The notes under the pieces: generated by a model
What the model saw: the letters and a program-made list of their open reading frames with translations, nothing else
What the model was told of the DNA's origin: nothing
Databases searched by the model: none
Shown here: piece after piece, positions 25,271 to 38,021 of the stretch
Numbering within the stretch: position 1 is the first letter of the stretch
Layout of the letters: each line of letters starts with the position of its first letter
From: Catajapyx aquilonaris
Lineage: Eukaryota
Reading direction: 5' to 3'
Assembly (NCBI GenBank): GCA_000934665.2
Contig: JYFJ02003048.1
Coordinates: forward strand, 1 to 46,872
Length of the DNA: 46,872 nucleotides
Position numbers and translations under genes: made by a program

Positions 25271-27046
25271 TTAAACAATTACTGAATTGGCTGTTTTAAA
25301 ATTATTTCTGGATCAGAAAATGTCAAATGAATCATATAACCCCGTGAAAAGTTTTTAAAATCATTCTTACACGATATTAAAAATTATCGAAAAATCGTGA
25401 AACCGACTCCTTTCTCAGTAGGGCCTAACATGCACAAAATGTCTTATGGTTGGCATATATCGTATTTATGTGCTCCAGATTTTGCGGAAATCTCGAGTAA
25501 ACATTTCCGGTACAATTTCAAACGCCATTCAAAACAAATCGTTTGGGTAGATTAATGATGAATGCGAAAATCATAATTTAGGCCGCCATTTTGGATCCAA
25601 ATTTTTTGATTTTATTAGGATGATGATAACCATATCACAGAGAGTGAAAACACATTTACTATGCACATATCAAGTTTAATATTTAACCCGATCTTCTGGG
25701 TGTTATGGTCCTCCAACTGACAGCGTACATGTCGAAAACGCGCACCGGCTGCATTTTCGCCCTCTAGCGGGTGAGATTCCAAAAAGCTCCTCCTAAACTC
25801 TTGGGAAATATGAAGCACACATTTCACGCTTCATTTTGAGTGCCATTCAAAAAATCTCAAAAATGGCCAACGTTGAGGAATATGAAAATCAAAGTTTCGC
25901 CGCCATCTTGAAGTCAAAATTTTTTACTTCCGGCGATTTTCAATGGCGTATCATGAAAGACCGTTAAAAGAGGTTCCTAAATCACCCATCACATTTGGAT
26001 TCACTTCACGGGTTCAGAAGTTACGGGCCTCCATTCAAAGCCCTGGCAGCGTAAAATGACGCAGAGGATGTCAAATGGTTATATCCGGATTTAACTGTGT
26101 ATGTATGATCTACCTTTCATTCACATTCACACCTCACTCCCCCACCCATCCCCCTTCCCCCACCCTCCAGGGAACTATACCCTCTATCCCTATCCAACTT
26201 ATTGCAGAAAAAAAAGCATAGGCCAGTCCAGCCCCCTGTCACTTTCTCCCCTAGTTGTATGGATACGGTAATTTAATTCCTGTGTCTCCGTCAGGCCCGG
26301 ATTTTGGCGCTGGCGGCGCTACAACGTTCGCTATCCGCCATCTTTTTGAAGGTGCACTCTAGTGGTAAGTCTGCGGAAGGAAAGAATGATCGAGCCAATC
26401 GCGGCAGACTACCCGCCACCGGCTACCTACCACAGGAGTTGCACCTTGAACAAGATGAGGTCTTAGCGAACAATGGGACACAGATATTACACTGCCGAAT
26501 TCGAGGAGTGTCATAGGCAGGTCATTGGGCTGGGCCAGTCTCCCCTTGCACCCTTGCAAGATATCCTCNNNNNNNCCCCCCCCCCCCCGCCGCCCTCCAT
26601 AGCAGCCAATCCCATCACAGAACTCTGAGAAATCGTATTATCTTCATACCGTAATATCGGGGGAGCGGTGGAGCCCCCTGTCGGAGGGAAGGGTACTACC
26701 GTTATGGGTTATTGCCGTTGGTTATTGCACAAATATCGAATAGGTTTACAGCAGTTTGCAATAACAATGATTCAACCCTCTTTTTGGCCATCTCAGCACA
26801 TGCTCCACAACTGCTTTGGCATTGTAGTTTTCATGCTACAGCATCAGGCCTATGACACTCCTCGAATACGGTAGGTTAACACCTGTGTCCTGGCCAGACG
26901 GCGCTGATGGCGGAACATGGCGGATTTCCCTCCAGTGGAGCCTCCATATGGCTGCCGCCATCTTGAAGACTCATTCCGGTTGGCTGGCAAGTCAATCTGC
27001 CTACGGGTGGGTGCCACTAGGCCACAGCCGCTTCCTTCCTTCCCCT

Positions 27047-27273
27047 GGAGGAGGCGCGGTGTTCGGTGGGGGGCTTCCGGCCGCGCCTAGGGGAGTGTGT
27101 AAGCTTGGCCCCCCGAGGGACTGCACACGGCCCCCACCACAGGACAATGTACTGCACCTTTGTTCCTCCCTCCCTATCCCTTCCCTGTCCCTGCACCGGT
27201 GAGATTGTAAAGTTAGAAAAATGGAGGAGATCTCCTCCCCCTGCATTGACCAATTGGTCTCAAGGGGGATCCC

Positions 27274-27303
<30 letters not shown>
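27047..27303 (+). mobile_element. internally deleted SINE related to type A
   Basis: GGGACTGCAC..GGACAATG body, TGCACCGGTGAG block, structured tail, (TAAA)n. Confidence 0.7.
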
Positions 27304-27304
<1 letters not shown>

Positions 27305-27465
27305 ATTCTTGGTGGACTGATAGTACATTGTTCACACGCCTTGGTTACTGATTTAATTTCACAGACTGTGTGACATTCAAACTTTTTTCTCAAAACTGGT
27401 CTCATATGGGTTGACGCATAACACCGTCCAGTTGGAGCCATGTGTTTTTTTTTGTTAACACCTGT

Positions 27466-30113
27466 GGGCAATTCCACGTGAAAGTGACCACCTTTTGCAC
27501 GAAAAAATTTGCCCGTCGATGAGTGTGAGATATGTTTGAGTCCATCTCAAGTTATGACCTTTCCCATAAGGATTTGGTCCGCCGATGCGTGGTTGCCTAT
27601 CTACAGGCGCTAATTGCACTTGGATCACAGTTAGAGGCGCCCCCCTATTACATTTACATGACAACGTAAATGAATGATGTAATGCATGTTTCATGTGTGA
27701 AACTGTCTCCTCTTTCCGACAAAAATAGTCACTTTCCGATAGCTGTGCAAATTCATGTCAAAATGCGACATTTTTGCAAACAAATGACATTTTCAAAAAA
27801 AGAGCCAAAGTCAAATGTCATCACATTGATATCAAAATACACCTCACAGTGTCCTCTATCAGTGGTACAAACGGAATTTTGGAATACGAAATGGCTACGG
27901 AGCTATAGGCACTGACGTGGAGCGCTGCGCTAGTGGCCACGCCCGCTGAATGAAAATGAGCGGCCCACCTAGGTCCGTCTTCATGTATGAAGGGGTCTGG
28001 TACGTAATACCGAAAGACATAATACAGACGGAAAAATTTCCGACAGCTTTTTACCGAAAATATACATCCCCGACACCTCCTTAATAACTACACACACTAA
28101 CGTCTCGTTCCCCTTAACACCTTTGAAACCTTTATTACAACATCGCATATACACATCTTGGTCTTATTCATTATACATCTGCAATACCTACTCCCTCTAT
28201 TGTTCGACCCCATTCCCTAATATACTTTTCCCCTTCGCCTCACTTCTTCCTCCTTAAACACATTTCCTTTACATCTTTCCATTGCTTTATTTTCTTTCAC
28301 TCCCTCTTATTCTTATTCACATCTTCGTGTTATATATTTCATCTACTAACAGAGTCATTTCTTCATACCGCCCCAATACATATTTTCTTCCCGGAATCTG
28401 TTTTATCCGGTTGTACTACTTTGTCTTTAAATTTTTATTTCGTAATTCCGTAAATTTCGATATTACTTTCATTAGTTATTTTTCCCTTGTCGGCTTCTTT
28501 TTTTTCAATATTTCTGCTTGATCGGTCATATTTTTATTAGGTTTTTCCCTCCTGTCAGTATTTTCAATTTCGGTATTTTCCTGGTGTCGTTATTTTGACC
28601 TTTCCACTTTTTTCCCGTCGGTATTTTATCCCGTCCATATTACTTCCGTAGGTATTAAACCCGGGACCGGTCTCGGGCAGTGTACGCTTGTCCTTTGTGT
28701 TTAATTCACTTAATATAGTACGAGTATAGTATATATAGTATAGTTAATGTAGTTATAATTTTAATATACCGGGTATCAAGAAATAGTTCCAAATAAATAT
28801 TTGGTCCGCTACTGGGCAATTCCACGTGAACGTGATCACTGATCACCTTTTGCACAAAAAAAATCTGGCCATCGATAAGTGTCAAAGTGTGAGGAGATAT
28901 GTTTAGGTCCATGTTAGAACGTTTCGCATAAGAACTTGGTCCCCTGATGCGTGGTTGCCTCTCTACAGACGTAAATTGTACTTTGATCACATTTACACGA
29001 CAATGTAAATGCTTGATATGATACAAGTTTCATGTGTGAAATTGTCTCCTCCTTTCGACAAAAATGCTAACTTCCTGACAGATGTGCAAATTCATGGCAA
29101 AAAACGAGAATTTTGCAAACAAATGAAATTTTCGAAACGAAAGCCAAAGTTAAATACCATCAGTCATCACATTGATATCAAAAAATTCCCCATAGTGTCC
29201 TCTATCAGCCATATACAAACGGAATTTTGGCATACGCAAGGGTTACGGAGCTATAATCACTGACGTGGAGGGGTGCAGGAGTGCAATATATTCCATTATT
29301 AGTGAAATAGTGTAGGCTATGGAGCCGCAAGGAATTCCGTGCAGGTCTCAACAGTGAACATTCATTTGTCCGGTGACTAGGAACGAATAGAGGAATGAAT
29401 ATAAAAATAAAAAGTAGGCTACATGTTTCTCTACTGTAAATAATCGAGCATATTTTAATACACACTTGACACTTGTAAAAATTGAAACTTTGTTGAACAT
29501 GACAAGGGAATTTTCATTTATTCTTACTATTCTATGGTAATTTTTTTTGAACTATATTATTAAGTGAATTAAACACAAAGGACAAGCGTACACTACCTGA
29601 GACATGCAGACGGACCTAGGTGGGCCGCTCTTTTTCATTCAGCGGGCGTGGCCACTAGCGCAGCGCTCCACGTCAGTACCTATAGCTCCGTAACTATTTC
29701 GTATTCCAAAATTCCGTTTGTACCACTGATAGAGGACACTGTGAGGTGTATTTTGTATCAATGCGATGACATTTGACTTTGGCTCTTTTTTTGAAAATGT
29801 CATTTGTTTGCAAAAATGTCGCATTTTGACATGAATTTGCACAGCTATCGGAAAGTGACTATTTTTGTCGGAAAGAGGAGACAGTTTCACACATGAAACA
29901 TGTATTACATCATGCATTTACGTTGTCATGTAAATGGGTCGCCTCTAACTGTGATCCAAGTGCAATTAGCGCCTGTAGATAGGCAACCACGCATCGGCGG
30001 ACCAAATCCTTATGGGAAAGGTCATAACTTGAGATGGACTCAAACATATCTCACACTCATCGACGGCCAAATTTTTTCGTGCACAAGGTGGTCACGTTCA
30101 CGTGGAATTGCCC
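27466..30113. mobile_element. Sola2-like long-TIR non-autonomous element
   Basis: GGGCAATTCCACGTGAA termini; >500-bp TIRs; 4-bp TSD CTGT (27462-27465, 30114-30117); insert ~27994-28668 in the left arm. Confidence 0.85.
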
Positions 30114-30167
30114 CTGTGGGGTTTTTGACTTTTCACAATAAGTGTGCTGACTGAATCAAAGAACTGG

Positions 30168-30243
<76 letters not shown>
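30168..30243. repeat. (AAT)n microsatellite
   Basis: Direct inspection. Confidence 0.95.
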
Positions 30244-30244
<1 letters not shown>

Positions 30245-30627
30245 CAGGTACTGCTTCCTTCAGTTAGGGACGCAATGGGATTATTCCACTCAAAAAAGCG
30301 GCGGTGAGAATGGTAATGAGAGTTCGCGAGATTTGTTACTGATACGGAGACCTTGGAAACACACCGTAGTATGTAAATGCATTTAGAATTATTCTCGTGT
30401 GATTTCTTCTGGGATATATTGTCATTGAGTTGAGGCAGACAAACAGACAGAAAGACATAATTTATAATGATTGCACAAATGCGTCTGGAGGACCTTCGCG
30501 GACATACTGTACAAGAGAATGTACCTCCTCTGGCGAAAAATCTCACACGCATGTGGATAGTATGGCATAGGATCATAACATTATGGACAAGTGCAGAGGA
30601 ATGGAGGGTGCTCTCTCAGAATCTTAC

Positions 30628-30813
30628 CGGCTGAAAGATGTCCGTAGGAACCGCTGGCACTCGAGCTCCTGGATCCGTTCATGATGGAGACTAGTGAGTT
30701 GGGAGAGAAGCGTATCATGGAGTTGATGTCGAAGGAATCCGAATATGGAGAGCTGGACAAGGCTCGCTTCCGACTTTGGCGCAAACTTGGTCTGGGGCTT
30801 GTCAGCCTGGAAC
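30628..30813 (-). CDS. ci: ci/GLI exon, N-terminal repressor region with SUFU-binding SYGHLS motif
   Basis: [27 protein letters not shown]...SGSYGHLSA; acceptor cgacag, donor GTAAGA; phase 1/1. Confidence 0.97.
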
Positions 30814-31954
30814 CTGTCGACAAAAAAGAGGAGAGAGAAAAAAACAGAATCAATGACCGCCACCTGTCAAATGAAAGACAATTACGGTATATCCTAGGTA
30901 GGACAAGTCATAAATATCTCCTCAGACGCGAACTTGATGTAGCTGCAAGTAGAGAGGTAGCAGTGCAACTTATGCGAGGTACAGCCGTGCACCTGTTGTA
31001 GCTGTGAAACAAGTTCTGGTAAATCCCTGATCCGATCCCACAGCCAGCATAATTATACCCATTTATATCAATGCCAGCCGTAAGTCTGCAGACTCGATGA
31101 TTCAATGGGCCAATTAAGCGTAATATACGTGATGTTAGTAGACAGACGTACCCTTTGTGTACTTTCGCCGGGAAATTGCTAGGAATGTTCAAATTACCCC
31201 TCAATCAATCCCAAACGACACGTGTTCCGAATTTGCGAACACGCAAGAAACCCTGCCGACAAATTTCGAGACTTTACAGCCGGTTCTGGAAAAGAGTTAC
31301 CGACTCGTGTTAACCGTCACCTACAATGTTCTTTGGGTTTCAAAATCGCCAACGTGTTTTCCCTACCCTCCTCAAAAATTCATCATTTCGACCCGAATCG
31401 AACCCTGGCCGCCATTGAGACATGGCTCACACGAAATGTCTCATACATTCTCATACATTCCAGAGATATTTTATATTAATGATATTATCTGGGTGCTATG
31501 CGAAGAGTATTTCGAGAAAATAATACAGGCTGACTGTTGCGAGTCGTACATATAGTATGTTTTTTTGTTTATCCGTAGGCCTCTGTTAAGGAAGCCCTCC
31601 CACGTGTCTGAGGCATCCCCAGGCCAAGTGAAATATGTCTTCCTTGGCCCTTTGAAGGCGACACGCATCCGCCCATCATGCACCATAATCCTTCCTCTCT
31701 TTATTTTGCGCGTCTGACAAACCTACTTCATCCAGATGGAGATTCTAGACCACACCCAATCATTAGGCATACAGTGGGTACTGCAATGCTGCTACTGTAT
31801 GCCTTCCTTCAAATCAGCCCCTTACTATTACTCGTAGAAACATTAGAACATTGTCTGGCCGAGGACAGTCCTCGCCTTCTATGGACCTTTTAGTCGTGAC
31901 GTATTGTTTACCTTTTTTCGAGGCGGCCATGTTGTTGGTTGGGCAGAACCAGCA

Positions 31955-32145
31955 ATGGCGGCATGCTGTGCGGCTTATTTCTGCAACAATATCTCGAGTA
32001 AGTAAGCCACACCGGGCTTTTTTTCGGTTCCAAAGTGATGTGGAGAGGAGGGCCAGATTGTTGGCCGCCGCCGTCAAGAGAGTGGAGAAGGTCGGGAAAA
32101 GTTGGTAACCCACCAAACATCGACGGATTTGCGGAGCTCACACTT
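31955..32145 (+). pseudogene. THAP zinc-finger domain remnant (transposon-derived)
   Basis: MAACCAAYFCNN /frameshift/ FFRFQSDVERRARLLAAAVKR...W*PTKHRRICGAH matches the THAP C2CH signature. Confidence 0.78.
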
Positions 32146-32342
32146 TGCACAAAGCAACCCAATTTCCCGTGTTTATTTCCCTGCTGGAAGTAGCAGTGTG
32201 ACTAATTAGGGCTATATGTATTTCATATTTTTGTGTATGTGTGGGTGAGGCATTACTATGAGCTACAGACTTTGCACGCATAACTTCAGAAACAGAAGGT
32301 GTCGGAAGATGTGCCGCTTGACGTGGAATGCCTCATATATAT

Positions 32343-33420
32343 GAGGCATTCCACGTCAAGCGGGCCACCTTCCGACAAATCTTCGAGGACCTTGACCAAA
32401 ATTTAGTGACATGTACTACTCATCGACCTATGCAGGAATCCAAATTATTATACCTCTGCGTTGCGTGGTTGCGTAACTACAGGGTGTCAAATGTGCCCGT
32501 TTTTGGACATTTTTGCTACGTTCGCTGTCACTTAGATGGCCATATCTCCTAGAAGCTCAGGTCAAATATAACGTTTGATATGTGCATTCGAAGGGTAATC
32601 GTACGCTCTATGAGATGGTCATATTCAAAATTGAAAAATCCAAAAACTTTAAATCAAAGATGGCGCCCAAAACATTGATTTTTATATTGGTCATGAATCG
32701 ACCCCTACCACTTCTTTTGAATGGCACTAAAAATGACAAGGGCAATGTTTACTTCCCATTTCCGAAAAATCTGGAGAACCCTTTTTCGATATTGGCCGAC
32801 AATAATAACTTTTTCGGTTTCAAACGGTAAGTGTAGTCACCTCATTTGGAGGACCATAACTAGGAGGTCAGATCAAATCTTATATTTGATATGTGTATTC
32901 GGAAGGTATTTTTATGCCCCCAGGAGATGGTCATACTCAAAATGGAAAAATCCAAAAACTTAAATCAAAGATGACGGCCAATTTTTTATTTTGATATTGA
33001 TCAATAATCGACCCCTACGATTTCTTTTGAATGGCACTTAAAATGATCAGGGTAATGTTTACTTGAGATTTCAGCAAAATCTGGAGAACTTTTTTTTTTG
33101 AAAATTGCAAATATAAAAGCATTTTAGTTGCGAGACGCGTACCGTAAAATAATGTAGTCACCTCAATTATCAATAAAATGACTCCAAATTTGTCGAGTTA
33201 AATATTCATGTTGCACATAATGATAATGCTTGATTCTATCACTCCACATAAATATAATAAATACCTATTTCGTCTCAGTTAACTTTGAGACTTCTCTTTT
33301 TAGTATGTCACTAAAATCGGCATTAATTAATTATTATTATTACCAAGGTAGAGTGCTAGAATCAGGCATTCTCACGATGTGTAGCATGAATTTTTAACGC
33401 AACAAATTTGGAGTAATTTC
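32343..33420. mobile_element. third GAGGCATTCC foldback copy (left arm, centre, stub of right arm)
   Basis: Homologous to 21324-22660; preceded by an inverted terminal fragment at ~32300-32334. Confidence 0.85.
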
Positions 33421-36400
33421 TTACCAACGAGAACATTAGGACTCAATTGCTGCTACAAAAGCAGAACTGATAAATGTTGAAAAGTTAAATGCCACTCAAT
33501 GGATCACTCACATAGTGCTCTAACCTCCAAACAATGTTTTTTACATTCATTTGTGGAATTCATGGTAGCAAATCCTCTCAGAAGACAATTAAAGATAAAT
33601 ATGAAATTATTTGAAAGGTCACCACTCCAGGCAGTTCCAGGCTCCGTGTAGGAAAAAGGATTGCGACCAAAAATGGCCTCCTTCTCCCTCATTTCGAGCG
33701 TCAAAATATACGGCCTACATGGTGAGAATCATTCCATCCTTCTTTGCCGTTTTCCTCAGTTTCACTCATTCTGGAATGAGGCCCCTTTCTCCAACAACCC
33801 TTCCATTTTCCGCGGGAGGAATCAAATGACGATGTTCTCAAAGGTGAAGCTCAAAATAATGTGCTATATTTTCCATGTTATGGCAAAAAAAAGTGGCGTT
33901 GGTCACCGTCCGAGGGTTAACTACGTAACGGCGCCCAAAACTAATTGCACATCCCTATATTAGTTTTACTAGTACCATATGACTAGTACTGTACTATGAG
34001 TCTACCTGGCGATTGTCCGCGGGAATTTCTTCACCCAGTATATGTCATTTGACTGGAAAAGAGCAAGAGTAGATGACTGTGTGGATGAAGTTGGGCGGGG
34101 ACCGCTTTTTCTTACAGGCTGTTTTGTGATTGCTGTATTTGGATGCTTCTTTGGATGAGTACTAGATTGTTCTGTTTTTGTCAATTTTGCTTTTAGCACA
34201 TGCTGCTGACGTATGTCAGTAATTTACAGTTTTGGAAGTTTTTATGTATTATTGCACGATTGCAATGAGAACCATTGTTTTCGCAATGAACGTATAATAA
34301 TAATAATAACAACAACAACAACAACAATAAATTGAATAGGAATGAAAATAAATTAGGACCGAGTCCTTGATTTTTAAATATAGCCTATTTTGACTGTTTT
34401 TCAGGACCTAAAGTTGACGGGGTTTTTAGAACCTAAAAATCCGTTCTCTATAGTCATTATGAGTTACGAGTGACCTAAGGAACATGGAAATAGCGATGAA
34501 TTGACACGGAGAGAAAAGGTGGATTTTTGTTTCAAAGTGTTATTATTCATGATTATGATTGTGCAGACATTTGCCAACAGACACATTATACATAGCATCT
34601 TTGTGATCGCATGACAAGGAGTGTGCCTCAGTGCCTGAATACACGAGTAGAGAACCCCGCCATCCTGGGATTGGAGGGAAGAACATTTTCATTGGCAGCC
34701 TGCCTCCATTCTGCCAGCACGCCTTTCCACCAGAATTCCAACCAGACTCGCTTCTTGTCAGGTGCGTACGCGGGATTTCCACCGATATAAATCTGTGCTG
34801 ACTTTCGGGTCATCCTGTGCACACTCCATTTTACGGGGGAGATATTCTGGCAGACACGAATCCTTGTAAAAATAGTCTCGTTTCAAGTGGAAATTGATTA
34901 GCGAGTTACTCATCCACTGATCAGCTTGAAAACGTCTGATCATTTATATTGCCAGAAATTACCTTCAGATTTCTTCTCCCTCAAAAGTACCAAGCACAAC
35001 CATTGTTTGTCCCCCACATCTCTATCTATCTCCATCCCTCTCTGACACAAACGCACAATCCTCGCTCCTATTCAGTCATCAGTCATGACTCCTATGTGCA
35101 TTCCCTCTGGTATGTCCCGATTTGTACGTGGAATTAGAATCGCATGTGTGGAGAATAATACATCGCATCCTTGGGTGTATTCTCGTTGTACCGATTGGTT
35201 CGTACTAACGAACGCTGACGTAAAAATTATGTGAACCGATTAAGCTGGTTAAAAGTATGAGGGGACTCTGACAGTGATTTTAGCCAGGACTTGGGAGAAG
35301 ACTTTTAACCAGCTAAAAGTGAGTCATTTATTCTATTTTCCTCCTCGAACCGTATACGCCTAATCATGGTAACAAGGCACAACCTTTTCCTCTTTGGTCC
35401 CCCTATACCCCACTACCTACTGAATAGCCCTACCCATCCACCCAAAACAAGCCCGGGTGCTTGGATTTTAAATTTACTAAAACAGTACATTTAAATTTTT
35501 AGTCTCATAGAGCCCTGTTTAATTTCATCAGACATTTCTGGCTTGCTGACGGCATATTCGCGAAGTAATTTGGATGAGAAACGGCCGAGATAGCAATATA
35601 CTTAATTATGATTACACAAATGGTGCTTGCTACGTTTCAAATACAGTATATCATTAGACAGACAAAGATTTGCACTATCCAGGGTTCACAGGGGATTTGT
35701 TATTTTGCCTCCGGGAAGTGTCCGAAAAAAAATCCGTTTTCGGTGTAAGTCGGAAACTAGTCAAAAAATGACACATTTCTGTCTTCTTCTTGCGATAAAA
35801 CATTACACAATGAAGGGAAGTAAACAACTCGCACGTCCAAAAAAGTTATAATTATACTATATAACTTTTTTGGACCATTTTTCTGGGAGTTATTTCGAGT
35901 AAAACACAGGGACCAGTATTTAAACAATAGTCAGTCAGCGCCCATAGGAGGGATTCAAACTCTACCCTAACCTAACCTAACCCTCATTAGAGACTGCGCT
36001 ACAGGCAAGATCTTCATAGGAGGTGTGATTTATTATTTCCGGGTATATTCTATTCAGCAGTCAACAGCGAATGCACCGAAAATGATAGTAAATGAGTGTA
36101 GATACAAAACGATTCATTGCAAAGTCAACATAATAATATTATTTGACTTCGGTTCAGTTAGGGGCTGCAAAACAAAATCCTCCCATAATGAAAAAAAAGG
36201 TGTGGGAAAAGGTCCTATGAAACGTTGCACACTTGTACCAAATATTTGCCGTTTATATAGCCATGTTCTATAGGCAACTCTACATCATTGACTGGAGCTA
36301 GAAACTTCTCGATTATCTGGAGCATATGGCTAAAGGCTTTATTTAAAAACAAGTCTTTATCACTCTAATTATCATATCAACAATCTGGAGGGAACCCATC

Positions 36401-36630
36401 TGAATTTCAATTAGGTAAACTTTACCATTGTTGCCACAGGCAGTGACTGGCCACAGTGGACTTCTAGGCTTGGCGATGTATTGTAGGCTGTTTGTAATAT
36501 TATTTCTTGTAGAATCCTGTAGTTTCAATTAGGTCCGCATCTGTGGCCACTGCCAAGGACATTCTTCCTCCATTGTAGAGGGAAAATTGAGAGGGTGTGT
36601 TCTGGTGCTTTGCGAAGCTCAGAAAAGTCA

Positions 36631-36970
36631 TTTTTTTTTTTTTTTTTTTGCATTACCCCATATCTACACATATATGGGGGGTGGATTACCACCATCGGGA
36701 TTATTTTTGGAGCGAGTCAAGATTTAATCTTGTTAGTATGCTCCAAGGTAATTAGGAGGGGATGTGCAAAGTGCGTGTGCGCGGGCGAGTAGTGGTCATT
36801 TTGTGAACTCCCCCGGGTGGCTTAGTCTATCGGAAATTGCCACCCGAAACGAAGCCAGAGATGGCCCAACTCTGCACGAAAGAAGGTGGGAACCCCGGGT
36901 GGGGATTGAACCCGGGACCTTAACTTCCGTGGGCGCGCGCGTTACCGCGGCGCCACTCCGTCTCCCTTGT
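36631..36970 (-). mobile_element. SINE head type C, poly-A tail
   Basis: Head nearly identical to 9561-9731; TSD GAAAAGTCA. Confidence 0.88.
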
Positions 36971-37649
36971 GAAAAGTCACAAAATGGGCCGTGTAGCTCG
37001 TAAGCAAAGTGAATTTTTGCCTTAGAACTTATCACAGATTTCTGCTGGATGGGTGCACTGCCTGACTTGTCAGTTCAAGATGGGAATATTGATGAAAACG
37101 TTATGGATACCCCCAACGTATACCCCCAACAACCAATCTAAAGAAGTTTTAGTCTCACCTTAGTTTGTTTTGATAATTTTGTGCTTCATTTCTGAAATCA
37201 AAACCGGCTAAATCCATTTTTGGGGGGTGTGACACAAACTGAACGGATAATATTTTCCATTATTCTATGGAACTGCAATTGCATTGCCTCTACTTAGATA
37301 AAAGGAATTGCAGGTGTAATTAGCCAAAGAGGCCTTACCACCTGTGGGCAACAAACCAACAATGTCCGGCTCCCAGATCCATACAGTCTGGGGCCGGGGC
37401 ATACGAAACGTTCCAAGTCAATATTGTCCCAAGGAAGAACCGGAGCCGAAGCCCCAGGCCCCCGGAACCAGCATTAGCCCAAGCCCCCCTGGGCCAGCGC
37501 CAGCGGAAAAATGGCTTTAGTGCTATTATATCAAATTTATAAAAAAAAGGAAGGCGCATATTGCCTCTACTAGGACGCGATCTAGATCTACTCTGATATA
37601 GATCACCCGTGATTCAGACCAGACTACATCCTACAAGCACTCTCTCCAC

Positions 37650-38021
37650 CAGCCCCCGGACACTTATACTACATTCTGAGCTTATCGCCTGCCGAGGGGT
37701 TTTGCAGCGGGTGCTCACCTGAGAGCGCCATGAGACATTTCCCGGAGCTATCATGTGGCGACCCTACCGGACTAGGCTGAACTTTATAGTTCCAAAGGGA
37801 AGCGCTACATTGCTGGGGGACCCAACATGGGCGCCGGCGGCCATGTTGGGCCCGCATGTAGCGCTTCCCTTTTGTACCTATAAAGTTCAGCCTAGTCCGG
37901 TAGGGTCGCCCCATAATTGCTCTGGGAAATGTCTCATGGCGCTCTCAGGTGAGCACCCGCTGCAAAACCCCTCGGCAGGGGGTGGGTAGGAGTGACCTAA
38001 CCTGAGTCTTCTAAAACCATG
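37650..38021 (+). mobile_element. palindrome-bearing element, copy 2 (complete, 372 bp)
   Basis: TSD (C/G)TCTCCAC; palindrome ~37689-37978. Confidence 0.88.

Larger units (their letters stand above)
23182..26059. mobile_element. related long-TIR foldback element, right end truncated
   Basis: Same terminus; ~800-bp arms 23936-24735 vs 24777-26059 (excluding insert); ~40-bp spacer. Confidence 0.82.

Noticed and set aside
24160..25827. Duplicated 70-aa ORFs (also 21201/23091 and 27670/29639)
   Set aside because: Mirror images created by inverted repeat arms, not genes
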